DNA of 64,000 nt from Glaucostegus cemiculus (taxonomy: Eukaryota): NCBI GenBank assembly GCA_976551045.1, contig CDPCPM010000023.1, forward strand, positions 3,720,001 through 3,784,000. The letters run 5' to 3'. The translations under genes were made by a program, and so were the position numbers. Below, one piece after another: positions 54,501 to 64,000 of the stretch (its first letter is position 1; every line of letters begins with the position of its first letter). The notes beneath the pieces are model-generated. The model did no database searches, was not told the origin of the DNA, and was given only the letters and a program-made list of their open reading frames with translations.

Positions 54501-57049
54501 CATTTTCTCCTTTTATTTCAGATGTCCAGATTTGCAGTTTTTTGCTTTTCACCTTGCTGATCATGTGGGTTAGCACTGTGAAACATACTCCTCATTGAAT
54601 ATTGAGCTACCAGATAATACAAGAACCTTTATTATTGTTCCCTTACCACTGCTTCTATTTTGCTGACTTGTGTCTTTACTGTGTAGTGATTGCAGGTCAG
54701 AGCCGAGGAAACTCTATCTCAGCTTTACAGCCATTGTACATGACATCAATTGATCTGAATGTACATGATAGCATGCTTAGTGGAATGAATTTTAGAAATA
54801 AACTAGCCCCCAAAAAACTTTCAGCAGGAACAGGAAGATCTACACAAGGACAAAACAGTTTTAGTTAAGCAGGAGAGTGGAGACATGAAAAGGATTTGAA
54901 TCTGAGCAAGTGCAAAGGGAAATTGGAATCCCAAAATGTTCCTGACCTGTGCTGTTGCCAGTTCTGATGCTATAAATTTGAAACATACTTATTGATTTAT
55001 AAACCTATGAGGGTCCCACTGAAATTGACTGGTTGTTCAACTTGTAGCCATAAGATCATGGTCAACTAATATTTCATAAGAATACCTATGTTCCAAAGGA
55101 AGTTAAAATTAACATTTGATGGGAAAAGCTGCCAAACCATGTTATGCAATGCCACATAATACTAATTTTCCCTGTGTTTATTCCTACTGGATTACCATTT
55201 GCCATCCTCTGACAACTCACTCAAACAGTGACTTTTCAAACGCTAATAATAGCCATCATTCAAAACGTATAAATTCAATCCTATCCCTGGCTTAACATTC
55301 AACATGTAAGATGAGATGAGTAACAAATGACTGCTTTCCCTTCTTACAAGCTTAGCAATTTTAAGCACAATTCTTGAAGTCCCAGTATGTACACTGCAAA
55401 CAAATCTGAACAAAATTGGCCAGCATGCTTTGAATGTGGGACCTTCAAAATTCCATTCTCTGTAAACCAATGGGTAAATTTTGACCATTACCCTGATCAT
55501 TAAATCTAGGTGGCCTCAAAAGAAGTACTACAAGTGGATCTTGGGTTCAAGGAATTCCTATCAGTCATGAGGAACAACTTAATTTGGATTTTATCTCCAA
55601 AAATGATGAATGCTAAATGAACAAGCTGAACATAGTTGAACAGGGAGGAAGTGAAAAGTAGATCAGTGCCAGTTGGGATTATGTTAGCATTCTCCTTCAA
55701 ATCAGAGATCACGGGTATTAAATTATTTAAGCGCTCAAATGCATAATTTTGGCTAACACTTCAGAACTGTATGGAGGGAGCTGTTGCAGATATTGCCTTT
55801 CAGATACGATTTTGATACCATTTTCTTTTTGAAAGAGACATGAATGATTCTGTGGCAATACTTAAAATAGTATGAACAACCTTCCTAACACAACTCCCTC
55901 AAACATTGCCTCAAACATCAATTAATCAATGATTCAATTTCTGTTGGCCATTATGCTTGTCCACCTATCAAGCTGGATCCAGAGTTGAGAACCAATATAC
56001 TTAAAGGCAAATGTTGCATCTTTGAATGATTCATAATAAAAGGAATGAATAGTACAGAATAACTGGACTATTCCAGCAAATGATATTTCAAAGCGCAGCA
56101 ATAACCATGTAGGAGCAGTCTGAGAAGATGCAAGGATGCAAAAGTTTGGTATTTTTAACCACCATATCATGTTCTAAAAACCGCCATCACCATAGCAATG
56201 ATCGAATGGCCTCTGTTAAACAATAACTTGGTTATTTGCAAACAATGAGGGCAGGGCACAAGGAAACAGGGAAATTTTCCTTTCAGTTTACTGACTGAAA
56301 TCCAAAGCCTTGAGCGAGTATGACCCTTAGCGCTCAATCAGGAGATCAGCATTCATGCAAAATTCGGCATGAGACGTCATAAATATTTGCTTGTGTTTGA
56401 AAACTGTGGACAGACCATGGACCCTGCAGAGTAGGCTGTAAATTTTTGTCTTTAGACCACATAAACAGCATTCCCTGGAGAAATTCCATACTTTTTTTTA
56501 GTTTGCAAGATTTCAAGTAATGTTTGCTTAAAATCAGCTGGGGTAAAAAGAAACAGGTTGTTGTAAATATTAATCATTTCCTCTCGTTTTTGCCAAGCTA
56601 CCACACCCCCTGGTCAGGTTTATAGCCAAACTTGCTAGGCTTCCATGCAAAAAGCAGCTATTTAAGTGAGAAAATGGAGGATAGCCCGTGCTAGTGGATT
56701 CACACTTTACCATTAAAGAAACTTGAAAAGGAGCTGAGCAAAATTTAGAATCAAAAAAAGGGTGAGGAAAATGGATGTAAAAACAGAAGCAGCTTATTGG
56801 ATGGTTTATCAAGAGACAAAAAATAGAGTGATATATATAAATTTCAAAGTGTAAGCAACAACACGATGATTACAAAAACAAGCTGGTGTGTCATACTGCT
56901 AGATGTACTGCCAAGTGCCTTTAATGTATTTACATTCATAAAAAATTTGAAATAATAGTAACCCAAAATAAAACAAGATACTGAACATACAGATCAAGTT
57001 TTTCAACATTCGGAATGTTGTTCTGCTCTCACCTCAGTTACTATCAAAA
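267..57049 (-). CDS. Multi-exon gene (partial) for a giant FN3-repeat ectodomain protein, probably R3-subtype receptor-type tyrosine-protein phosphatase (PTPRJ/eta- or PTPRH-like); start exon and TM/PTP exons not seen in window
   Basis: 38 intact one-domain FN3 exons (258/267/270 nt, all phase 1-1, AG..GT) with FN3 motifs (P..P, S.TLSW, Y..., L.PGT.Y...V). Two in-frame micro-exons precede them. One FN3 per exon, a tiny post-signal exon and dense N-sequons fit R3 RPTPs. Family assignment is inference. Confidence 0.7.
1432..1701 (-). CDS. FN3 exon type B (copy 1), 270 nt
   Basis: ctgacag|TT CCT TCC ... ACA C|gtaagt; PSKPASITVTAISNSSISMSLG...LQSGTNYTISV. Confidence 0.92.
2213..2470 (-). CDS. 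FN3 exon A (copy 2)
   Basis: Same splice sites and open frame as copy 1. Confidence 0.9.
3380..3649 (-). CDS. FN3 exon B (copy 2)
   Basis: Same splice sites and open frame; KSG variant. Confidence 0.9.
4161..4418 (-). CDS. FN3 exon A (copy 3)
   Basis: Same splice sites and open frame. Confidence 0.9.
5326..5595 (-). CDS. FN3 exon B (copy 3)
   Basis: Same splice sites and open frame. Confidence 0.9.
6107..6364 (-). CDS. FN3 exon A (copy 4)
   Basis: Same splice sites and open frame. Confidence 0.9.
7272..7541 (-). CDS. FN3 exon B (copy 4)
   Basis: Same splice sites and open frame. Confidence 0.9.
8053..8310 (-). CDS. FN3 exon A (copy 5)
   Basis: Same splice sites and open frame; EYIY variant. 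Confidence 0.9.
9218..9487 (-). CDS. FN3 exon B (copy 5)
   Basis: Same splice sites and open frame; VQGG variant. Confidence 0.9.
9999..10256 (-). CDS. FN3 exon A (copy 6)
   Basis: Same splice sites and open frame; PDY variant. Confidence 0.9.
11164..11433 (-). CDS. FN3 exon B (copy 6)
   Basis: Same splice sites and open frame. Confidence 0.9.
11945..12202 (-). CDS. FN3 exon A (copy 7)
   Basis: Same splice sites and open frame. Confidence 0.9.
13112..13381 (-). CDS. FN3 exon B (copy 7)
   Basis: Same splice sites and open frame. Confidence 0.9.
13893..14150 (-). CDS. FN3 exon A (copy 8)
   Basis: Same splice sites and open frame. Confidence 0.9.
15060..15329 (-). CDS. FN3 exon B (copy 8)
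   Basis: Same splice sites and open frame; SFG variant. Confidence 0.9.
15841..16098 (-). CDS. FN3 exon A (copy 9)
   Basis: Same splice sites and open frame. Confidence 0.9.
17008..17277 (-). CDS. FN3 exon B (copy 9)
   Basis: Same splice sites and open frame; NLFT variant. Confidence 0.9.
17789..18046 (-). CDS. FN3 exon A (copy 10)
   Basis: Same splice sites and open frame; SLM/FRV variant. Confidence 0.9.
18956..19225 (-). CDS. FN3 exon B (copy 10)
   Basis: Same splice sites and open frame; ANSSDI variant. Confidence 0.9.
19737..19994 (-). CDS. FN3 exon A (copy 11)
   Basis: Same splice sites and open frame. Confidence 0.9.
20904..21173 (-). CDS. FN3 exon B (copy 11)
   Basis: Same splice sites and open frame; NLFT variant. 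Confidence 0.9.
21685..21942 (-). CDS. FN3 exon A (copy 12)
   Basis: Same splice sites and open frame; SLM/FRV variant. Confidence 0.9.
22852..23121 (-). CDS. FN3 exon B (copy 12)
   Basis: Same splice sites and open frame; ANSSDI variant. Confidence 0.9.
23633..23890 (-). CDS. FN3 exon A (copy 13)
   Basis: Same splice sites and open frame. Confidence 0.9.
24798..25067 (-). CDS. FN3 exon B (copy 13)
   Basis: Same splice sites and open frame. Confidence 0.9.
25579..25836 (-). CDS. FN3 exon A (copy 14)
   Basis: Same splice sites and open frame. Confidence 0.9.
26745..27014 (-). CDS. FN3 exon B (copy 14)
   Basis: Same splice sites and open frame. Confidence 0.9.
27526..27783 (-). CDS. FN3 exon A (copy 15)
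   Basis: Same splice sites and open frame. Confidence 0.9.
28693..28962 (-). CDS. FN3 exon B (copy 15)
   Basis: Same splice sites and open frame; ISLSLG variant. Confidence 0.9.
29474..29731 (-). CDS. FN3 exon A (copy 16)
   Basis: Same splice sites and open frame; NLSIMM variant. Confidence 0.9.
30641..30910 (-). CDS. FN3 exon B (copy 16)
   Basis: Same splice sites and open frame. Confidence 0.9.
31421..31678 (-). CDS. FN3 exon A (copy 17)
   Basis: Same splice sites and open frame; several private substitutions. Confidence 0.9.
32588..32857 (-). CDS. FN3 exon B (copy 17)
   Basis: Same splice sites and open frame. Confidence 0.9.
33369..33626 (-). CDS. FN3 exon A (copy 18)
   Basis: Same splice sites and open frame; NLSIMM variant. 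Confidence 0.9.
34536..34805 (-). CDS. FN3 exon B (copy 18, array boundary)
   Basis: ttgaacag|TT CCT ... ACA C|gtaagt; the intron upstream of it diverges from the array consensus. Confidence 0.88.
35435..35692 (-). CDS. Diverged FN3 exon type A (copy 19), 258 nt
   Basis: ttgcag|AA CCA AAC ... ACA G|gtaagg; PNPVNNVTVLNRTTTSVTLSWDQP...LNPGTRYVFSV; open frame. Confidence 0.88.
38246..38515 (-). pseudogene. Diverged type-B FN3 exon with open frame but mutated splice donor (probable pseudo-exon)
   Basis: 270 nt, acceptor ctgatag| intact. The homologous donor reads C|ATACGT instead of C|GTAAGT. Confidence 0.65.
39159..39248 (-). pseudogene. 3' fragment of a type-A FN3 exon (truncated, frameshifted)
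   Basis: Near-identical to 35435-35523 including the donor, with a 1-nt insertion (tgtaacacacac vs tgtaaacacac); 5' two-thirds missing. Confidence 0.85.
39742..39817 (-). pseudogene. 5' fragment of a type-A FN3 exon
   Basis: Acceptor plus PNPVNKVNIRNSATSSITLGWAQPG, then homology stops. Confidence 0.8.
41411..41499 (-). pseudogene. 5' fragment of a type-A FN3 exon with in-frame stops
   Basis: ctgcag|AA CCA AAT CCT GTG...: PNPVRNITL*TCNTTSVTLS*NKSVNYKP. Confidence 0.8.
42560..44303 (+). mobile_element. CR1-clade LINE, 5'-truncated, defective (RT fragments and 3' tail)
   Basis: Motifs [52 protein letters not shown]; stops and frameshifts; ends gggccgaagggcctg...ttctatggttctatg. Confidence 0.95.
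45835..46101 (-). CDS. Unique first FN3 exon (B-like), 267 nt, phase 1-1
   Basis: ttcacacag|TT GTT CCC AAG ... ACA A|gtaagt; VPKPGDIVVLNVTNNSISLSWGWP...LFPGTNYTVMV. Confidence 0.9.
47685..49611 (-). mobile_element. CR1-clade LINE, 5'-truncated, same subfamily as 42560-44303
   Basis: 300-aa RT fragment ([33 protein letters not shown]) plus downstream frameshifted fragments; same (ttctatgg)n-type tail. Confidence 0.95.
49700..49890 (+). mobile_element. Old degenerate CR1 fragment
   Basis: gcagatgaagtttaatgtgaagaaatgtgaggtgatacattttggga matches the CR1 segment at ~59299-59345 (QMKFNV.KCEVIHFG). Confidence 0.65.
51850..52900 (-). mobile_element. Highly degenerate LINE (L2-like) remnant
   Basis: caacaacaa..tttatttctagagcactttaaacatag..aaagtgcttcac resembles an L2-type 3' end followed by a purine-skewed body; recognised by eye, boundaries approximate. 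Confidence 0.35.
53593..53611 (-). CDS. 19-nt micro-exon (G-I-I-T-S-D-[V]), phase 0-1
   Basis: atttttatttctcttttcccctctcttag|GGCATCATCACTTCTGATG|gtaagt: strong pyrimidine tract, perfect donor, joins in frame to 46101. Confidence 0.75.
53745..54095 (-). mobile_element. Degenerate SINE-like interspersed repeat
   Basis: Its start resembles the element at 63770; gggatttt...tctggattag motifs resemble a reverse tRNA-derived head; by eye only. Confidence 0.35.
54360..54545. repeat. Degenerate inverted-repeat (MITE/Penelope-like) interspersed element
   Basis: aaacacagaaagtgctag..ctcagga..gca arm versus gctgc..ctaagtatccccagcattttctcc arm form imperfect inverted ends; resembles a common elasmobranch repeat from memory. 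Confidence 0.45.
57033..57049 (-). CDS. Candidate 17-nt micro-exon (x-L-I-V-T-E), phase 1-0, likely end of signal peptide
   Basis: ttttacttgtctttttttctcgtcag|TTTTGATAGTAACTGAG|gtgaga. The only stop-free frame is the one that joins the 19-nt exon. Confidence 0.6.
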
Positions 57050-57469
57050 CTGACGAGAAAAAAAGACAAGTAAAATCAGCTACAGGCAATGCAAGTATGA
57101 GAACTACAGTAACTAATGTCAATGATTGTACCAGAGGGGTGTTGTGTTCCTGTGAAACTCCCAAAATCTGTATAGATCCATAAGTGAGAAAGCCAAAGTA
57201 AAAATCTGAGGGTGAAAGTGATAAATCTCAGGGGGATTAAAATTATGTGAATTCCAGCTATAAAATTCTTGCAAGGTAGCAGTCTTGCCTCAGGTGTACA
57301 ATTAGTGCCACAGTCAGAAAATCTCGAGTTCCAGTCTTGCTCCAGAGGTTTGAGTACAAAATCAAGGCAGATGCTTCAAAACTATTCAAGATAATGAAGT
57401 ATTGTTGCCAATCTTTGAAATGAGACAATAACCTCTCTCTGAAGTGGAAATAAAAGACCATAATATTAA

Positions 57470-57980
57470 AAAAAGGGTAGTCTTAGAGCCCCTTGAGTTT
57501 GCTCTGCCATTCAAAGAAATTGTGGCACTTCTGATCTTGGCTTCAGCTCCATTTTCTTAGCTGTTTTCCATAGCCTTCCTGTATGCCCATTACAAAAATA
57601 GGTTTATCTCTGCCTTAGATGTATTTGATGAGTTGGCCTCCACAGTTGTCTGGTGCTAGAGAACTATGATGTTGCACAACCCTCTGGGAGGAGGAATTCC
57701 TTATACCTTATAAGGAAGAATGCCTTATCTGAGTTTATGCCCCTCTTGTTCTGGATCCCCCAAGGAGAAACACATTCTCAGCATCTACCCATAAAGCGCA
57801 CTCAGAATTTTAGGTATTTCAGTAAGTTCACCTTTCATTTTTCCAAAGTCTAACAAGTTTTGGTCCATCCCACTTAGTTATTTCTCATCACAGAACATCT
57901 TCAACCTGGCAATCGACGTAGTGAACCTCTGAGCTGCCTCCAATGCAAATATATCCCTCCTTTAAATGAGGAAACCCAAC
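57470..57980 (-). mobile_element. Degenerate CR1 3' fragment
   Basis: ggcctccacag..tctgg..acaaccctctgggagg resembles the reverse complement of the CR1 3' region at ~59880-59945. Confidence 0.5.
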
Positions 57981-58577
57981 CCCCCACATTAACTACATGC
58001 CTGCAAATTAGCCACAGAATAGGGAGACAGTAAAGCTATAAGAGAGGAGAGCATAATCCCATAGTGAAGAATTGTGCTCGATCTAGGGCAGTTTTTTCTT
58101 GCTGAAGCAAATGCAATGAAGAAGTAATAATTATTCCAATCCTAATGCCCCAAAAAAAGTCCTTTATATTTTGAGTCAAGATGTCACACATATCATCACA
58201 ACAGACGTGCGTTGAGAAGAACTCAGAGCAGCAGGAAGTGACTCAGCTCCAACACAATGATCCTTACATTATTGTTATCTATTCCATACTACACTAACCA
58301 CAAAAAGAACACACACATTTAAAACCAGAAGCTGCTTTATATTTGATAGAATAAGAGAGAACATCAATTGCCTCAACTTCCCAGTTCTTCAGCAGGGTTT
58401 ATCATGCTAATGATCATTACATCCTCAATTTATTGAGAAGTAGTTCAAAGAGAAAAGACAGCATCATAGTTTATTGCAATCTAAAAAGGAACTTCTATTA
58501 CAAAGGCATCATAATTAAATCAAAAAGTGTTCACAGGACAAAGTCAATGTTCTGAATACTTAGCAAAATTAATAAAG

Positions 58578-60115
58578 AAGTGTTAAGGAGGTGGCTCTGG
58601 AAATTGTGGATGCATTGGTGATTATTTTCCGATGTTCCTTAGATTCGGGCTCAGTTCCTGAGGATTGGAGAAAGGCTAATGTTATCCCACTTTTTAAGAA
58701 AGGAGGGAGGGAGAAAACAGGGAACTATCGTCCAGTCAGCCTAACCTCTGTGGTGGGGAAGATGCTAGAGTCCATTATTAAGAATGAAATAGCGACATAT
58801 TTGGATAGCAATGATAGGATTGGGTCCAGTCAACATGGATTTACCAAGGGCAAATCATTCTTGACTAATCTACTGGAGTTCTTTGAGGATGTAACGAGGA
58901 AAATAGACGGGGGTGAGTCGGTGGATGTGGTGTACCTTGACTTTCAGAAGGCATTTGATAAGGTGCCGCACAGGAGATTGGTGGGTCAAATTAGGGCTCA
59001 TGGAATTGGGGGGAGGGTATTATTATGGATAGAAAACTGGTTAGCTGATAGGAAACAAAGGGTAGGGGTGAATGGATGTTTCTCAGAATGGCTGGCCGTG
59101 ACTAGTGGGGTGCCACAGGGCTCGGTGCTGGGACCGCAGCTGTTTACAATCTATGTTAATGATTTAGATTGAAGGCATTGAGAATAACATTAGCAAGTTT
59201 GCTGATGATAGAAAGTTGGGTGGCAGTGCGACATGTGTAGAGGTAGTTAGGAGAATTCAAGGTGACTTGGATAGGTTGGGTGAGTGGGAAGATACTTGGC
59301 AGATGAAGTTTAATGTGGACAAGTGTGAGGTTATCCACTTTGGGAGCAGGAACAGGAAGGCGGATTGTTATCTGAATGATGTGGAGTTAGGTAAGGGGGA
59401 AATACAAAGGGATCTAGGAGTCCTTGTTCATCAGTCACTGAAAGTAAATGAAAGTACAGCAGGCAGTGACAAAGGCTAATGGAATGTTGGCCTGTATTAC
59501 AAGGGGAATTGAGTACAAAAGCAAAGAGATTCTTTTGCATTTGTACAGGGCCCTGGTGAGACCCCTCCTGGAGTATTGTGTACAGTTTTCGTCTCCAGGG
59601 TTAAGGAAGGATATCCTGGCTATAGAGGGCGTGCAGCGTAGGTTTACGAGGTTAATTCCGGGGATGTCGGGACTGTCTTATGCAGGGAGGTTGGAGAGAC
59701 TGGGATTGTACACGCTGGAATTGAGAAGATTGAGAGGGGATCTGATTGAAACACAAGATTATTAAGGGATTGGACAAGATGGAGACAGGAAATATGTTGC
59801 AGATGTTGGGGAAGTCCAGGACCAGAGGGCATGATTTAAGAATAAGGGGTAGGCCATTTAGGACAGAGGTGAGGAAAAACTTCTTCTCCCAGAGGGTTGT
59901 GAATTTGTGGAATGCGCTGCCTCGGAAGGCAGTGGAGGCCAATTCTCTGGACACTTTCAAGAAGGAGCTAGTTAGGTTTCTTGTGGATGAGGGAATCAAG
60001 GGATATGGGGACAAAGCAGGAACAGGATATTGATTGTTGATGATCAGCCATGATCTCAAAATGGCGGTGCAGACTCGAAGGGCCGAATAGTCTACTTCTG
60101 CACCTATTGTCTATT
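58578..60115 (+). mobile_element. CR1-clade LINE, second subfamily, 5'-truncated, defective
   Basis: [61 protein letters not shown]; frameshifts; 3' end gggccgaatagtctacttctgcacctattgtctatt. Confidence 0.95.
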
Positions 60116-63100
60116 AAGAGTCATGAAGAGAGTGAGTACATGAAATATTTGCAGGAAAATTTATGAAGAGGATATACTATTTTTGCAATGCTGAAATAAT
60201 TGTTTTTGGTCCAGTGAATTCAGCCTAATGCCTGATTTTTTTCCCAATAGCTCAGTCCTGAGATAATTATTACGCAGAGCATTTTTACATTTAAATTTAG
60301 TTGTTCTGAATCTCTTTAAAAATATACAAGCACAGAAAATAATTATGCAAAACAAGTCAGGATATTGTCTTCTCAAATGGCATCTGATCAGAAAAAGAAC
60401 ACTTCAGCAATATCACATTGCAAACAAAAGGATGAACAGCATTAACCAAGAAACTATGGAGGTGGTTGTTCAGATGAGATTAAAAGAATAAAGGGACATT
60501 TGATAGCTTAATAATTGCTTATGTTACCTAGTCAACTGGCATCTCTGCTTTTGTCCTTTGGGATGATGAACAACTCAGCATGGCTGGCTTTACTCGCAAC
60601 CAATTATTCTTAATGGAAAAAAAAATTATTTGACAAAGATGGATTTGCCAACAGAAAGGACTATAATTCAAAACAGGAGGCATGTAACATCAGGAAGACA
60701 AAAGGAATGCTCATTTACAGGCATTAACAAAATACTTTAAAAAAATAACTTAACTGAGCTGTGACAAAGCCAGAACTTTCTGTTGTTAGGGATATGGTGA
60801 TGGTCAAAGAAATAATGATATTTTATGGGGCTGAAAGGAAAATATAGTGCAGCAACATCACATTGAGCACTGGTGTACAGCACAGAGCAAGGACAGTAAT
60901 TGACTGTATTGACATCAGAAATAGATTCATCATCATACATTAGCTTTTACAGGCAGGTCTCTTGCTGTGATTATTTGATACATCATTTGTAACATGATTT
61001 TCAATACAAACTAATGACCTTTCTGGATCATAGACAAGGACTACTTCACTGAGGTCCCATTGTTGAGTCTCATAATTGCTCAGTGGTCTGATGGGTCAAA
61101 TTCTCCACCTAGTCGAAATTGCTTTTCTTTACTTCAGAACGATACCTTGTAATTCAATAGCTATCTCTCTGCCCTCTGCTCTAACTCAGGCTATACCATG
61201 CTTAAATATGATATAAACACAATTATATATTAACAACTTGCCAAAGGAAAGCTAGTAGTAGTATGTGGAGCCATAGAGTATTTAAACAAGAAGTTAGCCA
61301 AATAATGATTCATAACAAAACTGGATCAACTTTAAACACTCATTTCTTCAAGCCTTCTTTTAACACTCATTCAGTTATCATCCACTGGAACCAGGATTTT
61401 ATGGAGGAATCAATAGATGCTTCATGACTTTTTCTTTCATAGAACACTCAAATAATGCAGAATGAATTGTGGTCCACTGCCAGACACAAAATCTGCCAAC
61501 ATTAGAAGCATAGCTAAGATCCATCTCAACTCTTCAATGATACATTCCAGTGTTGTGCAAGTACCTATGTGGCCAACTTTAATTCCATTCCCTGAGTAAA
61601 TGGTGATGAGCATGAAAAAAAACAATCGTTCTCCTTTTGATAAAAGTTGACATGGATGCATTAGAATGATTGATGGTGTCTAAGGTGGTATTGCTCAGGA
61701 CTGCTGATAAACTGTGCACACGGACAAACTTCCTCCAACTCATTATCAATGTCTCGTCAATACACAAAATTACTATAAATGTTCTTCACAGAGATGACAT
61801 GATTTACTTAACTGTTCGTAACTAGAGGATGTCATATTTAACAATGCACAATGCAAACCCTACAACTCTTACTGTTCCATTCACTATCTCCTCTCTCCTC
61901 CACTAGCTGTCACCTCACTGTTCCATTCACCACATCTCCACTGCTCCTTTTCATCTTGCCAGACTTTTCTCTAGTAATGCAGTACTCAAATTTGATATAA
62001 CATTAACGCTGTACCCACTAATTGTACCCATTTCAGTGTCCTGTGTCTACCAATACTGTACTCCTGTGTCAAACCCGTGTCCACTATTGCACCCTAGTGT
62101 TATACAGTGATAAATCTGTATCCACCAATAATGTACCCATTTTATAGTAACAACTCTGTGTTCACCAGCACATCTCAATCTATAGCTGGAGAGAAATCTG
62201 GATCTGAAGTTGATCCAGAAGATCGGACTAAGTTCCAGATATCTCATCTGTGGGCCTTAGGTGCTCAGGTTCATTTGTGCCTTGGGATTGGGTGGGTTGA
62301 AAAGGCAATGAGTTTGGGCTGAGCAGACCCATCTCATACACCACATCTAAATACCGGAATTCTCTATTCAACTTTCAGCTGGCTGACAATAAGTACTAGT
62401 CTTGTTAGCGATGTCCAGATACATTAAAAAAACTTTAAAATTTGTTTTACTGTCAATGAAGTACTTTTGAAATGTTTTCATAATTTTAATAATTTCAACA
62501 TTTTCATATTCAGTTTTCATTGATTTTAATGTGACTTTCTTGGTTAATAGCTGTGGTGGGATATATAAAATGTTGAAAATATCTCAAATTTAATTACTGG
62601 ACTCTAAATTAACATTTCAGAAATATTTTGGACTATTAAGGGAAGGAGCAGCAGAGAGAGACTGTTGTCCAGTAATCTCTTCTGAAAAGGACATGCATTT
62701 TGATGCTGGTTAAGGATAGATTTGGGCAAAGCTGTGATGTCATCCAGAGTCAAACATCCTGAAGCATTTCTGGGTCCAGTTACAGAGAATGGCCATGAGA
62801 ACAAAACATAAAAGGGCTGCAGGTCCTCGTGTAAAAGAACTGCAGCAACAATCAATGACAATGGGGAAGAATGGAAACACAAACTGCCATAGTTGTACTC
62901 TCAATTCCTAAGTTAAATCATTAGAATCATAGCATTGCTATAGTACAGAGGTAGTCATTAAGCCCGCTGAGTTTATGTCAGTTTATGATTGCTTAAGATT
63001 ACAGGAACAGGGAAGTACTCATTGATATTCTTCCCCTCTCTACTGGTTCTTACTCTAGTTTTCTGGCACTATCCCATCATACTCTTGTTTACACCAGCTC

Positions 63101-63499
63101 TCTTCCTCCATTCCAGACTATGCTGGCATTCTTCTCAATGTCCTCTCACAATTCATGCTGCCACAATCTTTCTCTATCATTCCTACTGAATTCAATTACT
63201 GCTCCAGATGATGCAAACCAGAAATTCCACATCTCCTAAAAATATTACAACAAATGTTATGCAATGATATAGAATGTCTCTTCTCAGAACTGCAAAACCA
63301 GTTCAAACACAAGAATGTCACTTATTTAATTTCATGAAGTGGAGAGGCTATCGATTCCATAATATTGATACCTCATAGATGGTTGCTAGTAGCACAGTGT
63401 TTGCAGTGTCTGTAGTAATAGTAGTGAAAGAGTAACTGTCGCTTATAAGCTGTTGCCTCTCTATACAGTGTCAACTGGTTAATTGCTTCCAGAATTATA

Positions 63500-63600
63500 A
63501 CATTATGAAGATATTAATTAGGCACAGAAGTAGGCTACTTGGCCCCTTGGGCCTGCCCATTAATCAATAAGATCATGGCTGATTTGACCTCACCCACAGA
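63500..63600 (-). mobile_element. Short CR1 3'-tail remnant
   Basis: agaagtaggctacttggcccc...aagatcatggctgat matches the reverse complement of ~60043-60100. Confidence 0.55.
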
Positions 63601-63769
63601 CTAATCTTTCCAAGCAGAGATTGGATAAGAACACTCAAACCCTTGTAATTACATCAATATTCATTCAAATCAGTGTAAAGTATCCTGCTTGAACCAATGC
63701 TTGAGAGGATTTGAGGTACAAAGAGATAAGTGGCTTGTACGGAGTGGTCAGATGCTTTTTTCATATAAA

Positions 63770-64000
63770 TTTATATTCATTTCCAAGATCTGGGCATTGC
63801 TGGCAAGCCCAACGTATATTGCTTATCTCTAACTACACTCTAGCAGGTTACAGTGAGCTGCATTTGTAAACAACTGCAGTTCTTCTGGCGGAGGTACTCA
63901 CAAAGTGCCAACAGACCTAGAGCTCCAGGATTTACATCCACTGACGATGAAAGCTGCGAAATATATTTCCAAGTCAGATGTGCAACTTGAAGGGGACTCT
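63770..64000 (-). mobile_element. Degenerate LINE 3' region running off the right edge
   Basis: tgggcattgctggcaagccc..atattgc..ccaggattt..atatatttccaagtcag resembles a common elasmobranch LINE end; from memory, unverified. Confidence 0.4.

Noticed and set aside
61868-61940. Short direct repeat actgttccattcac x2
   Set aside because: Trivial local duplication in an intron with no further structure.
62604-62882. Hydrophobic ORF (..SLIVAAVLL..) as the signal-peptide first exon
   Set aside because: It has a non-ATG start and no clear phase-1 donor after the hydrophobic stretch; the first exon probably lies beyond the window.

Overview
This is vertebrate genomic DNA, not microbial. The CR1 LINEs and SINE-like repeats resemble those of cartilaginous fish (shark or ray), which is an inference. 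The window holds the 5' part of one large minus-strand, intron-containing gene for a fibronectin type III (FN3) ectodomain protein. The best fit is an R3-subtype receptor tyrosine phosphatase (PTPRJ/PTPRH-like), but no transmembrane or PTP domain lies in the window. Bases 1 to ~34.8 kb are a near-perfect tandem array of a 1946-1948 bp unit: exon A (258 nt), a 907-909 nt intron, exon B (270 nt) and a ~511 nt intron. There are 18 intact A/B pairs, all phase-1/phase-1 with canonical AG/GT sites and no stop codons, and the array runs off the left edge. Upstream in gene orientation come a diverged intact A exon (35435-35692), a zone of decayed FN3 pseudo-exons (35.7-41.6 kb), and a unique first FN3 exon (45835-46101) bracketed by an inverted pair of closely related CR1 LINEs. 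Further upstream are two micro-exons (19 nt and 17 nt) that read through in frame into the first FN3 domain. The predicted product has at least 38 FN3 domains (>3300 aa of ectodomain in this window alone). Most other ORFs in the supplied track are antisense, intron read-through or CR1 fragments.
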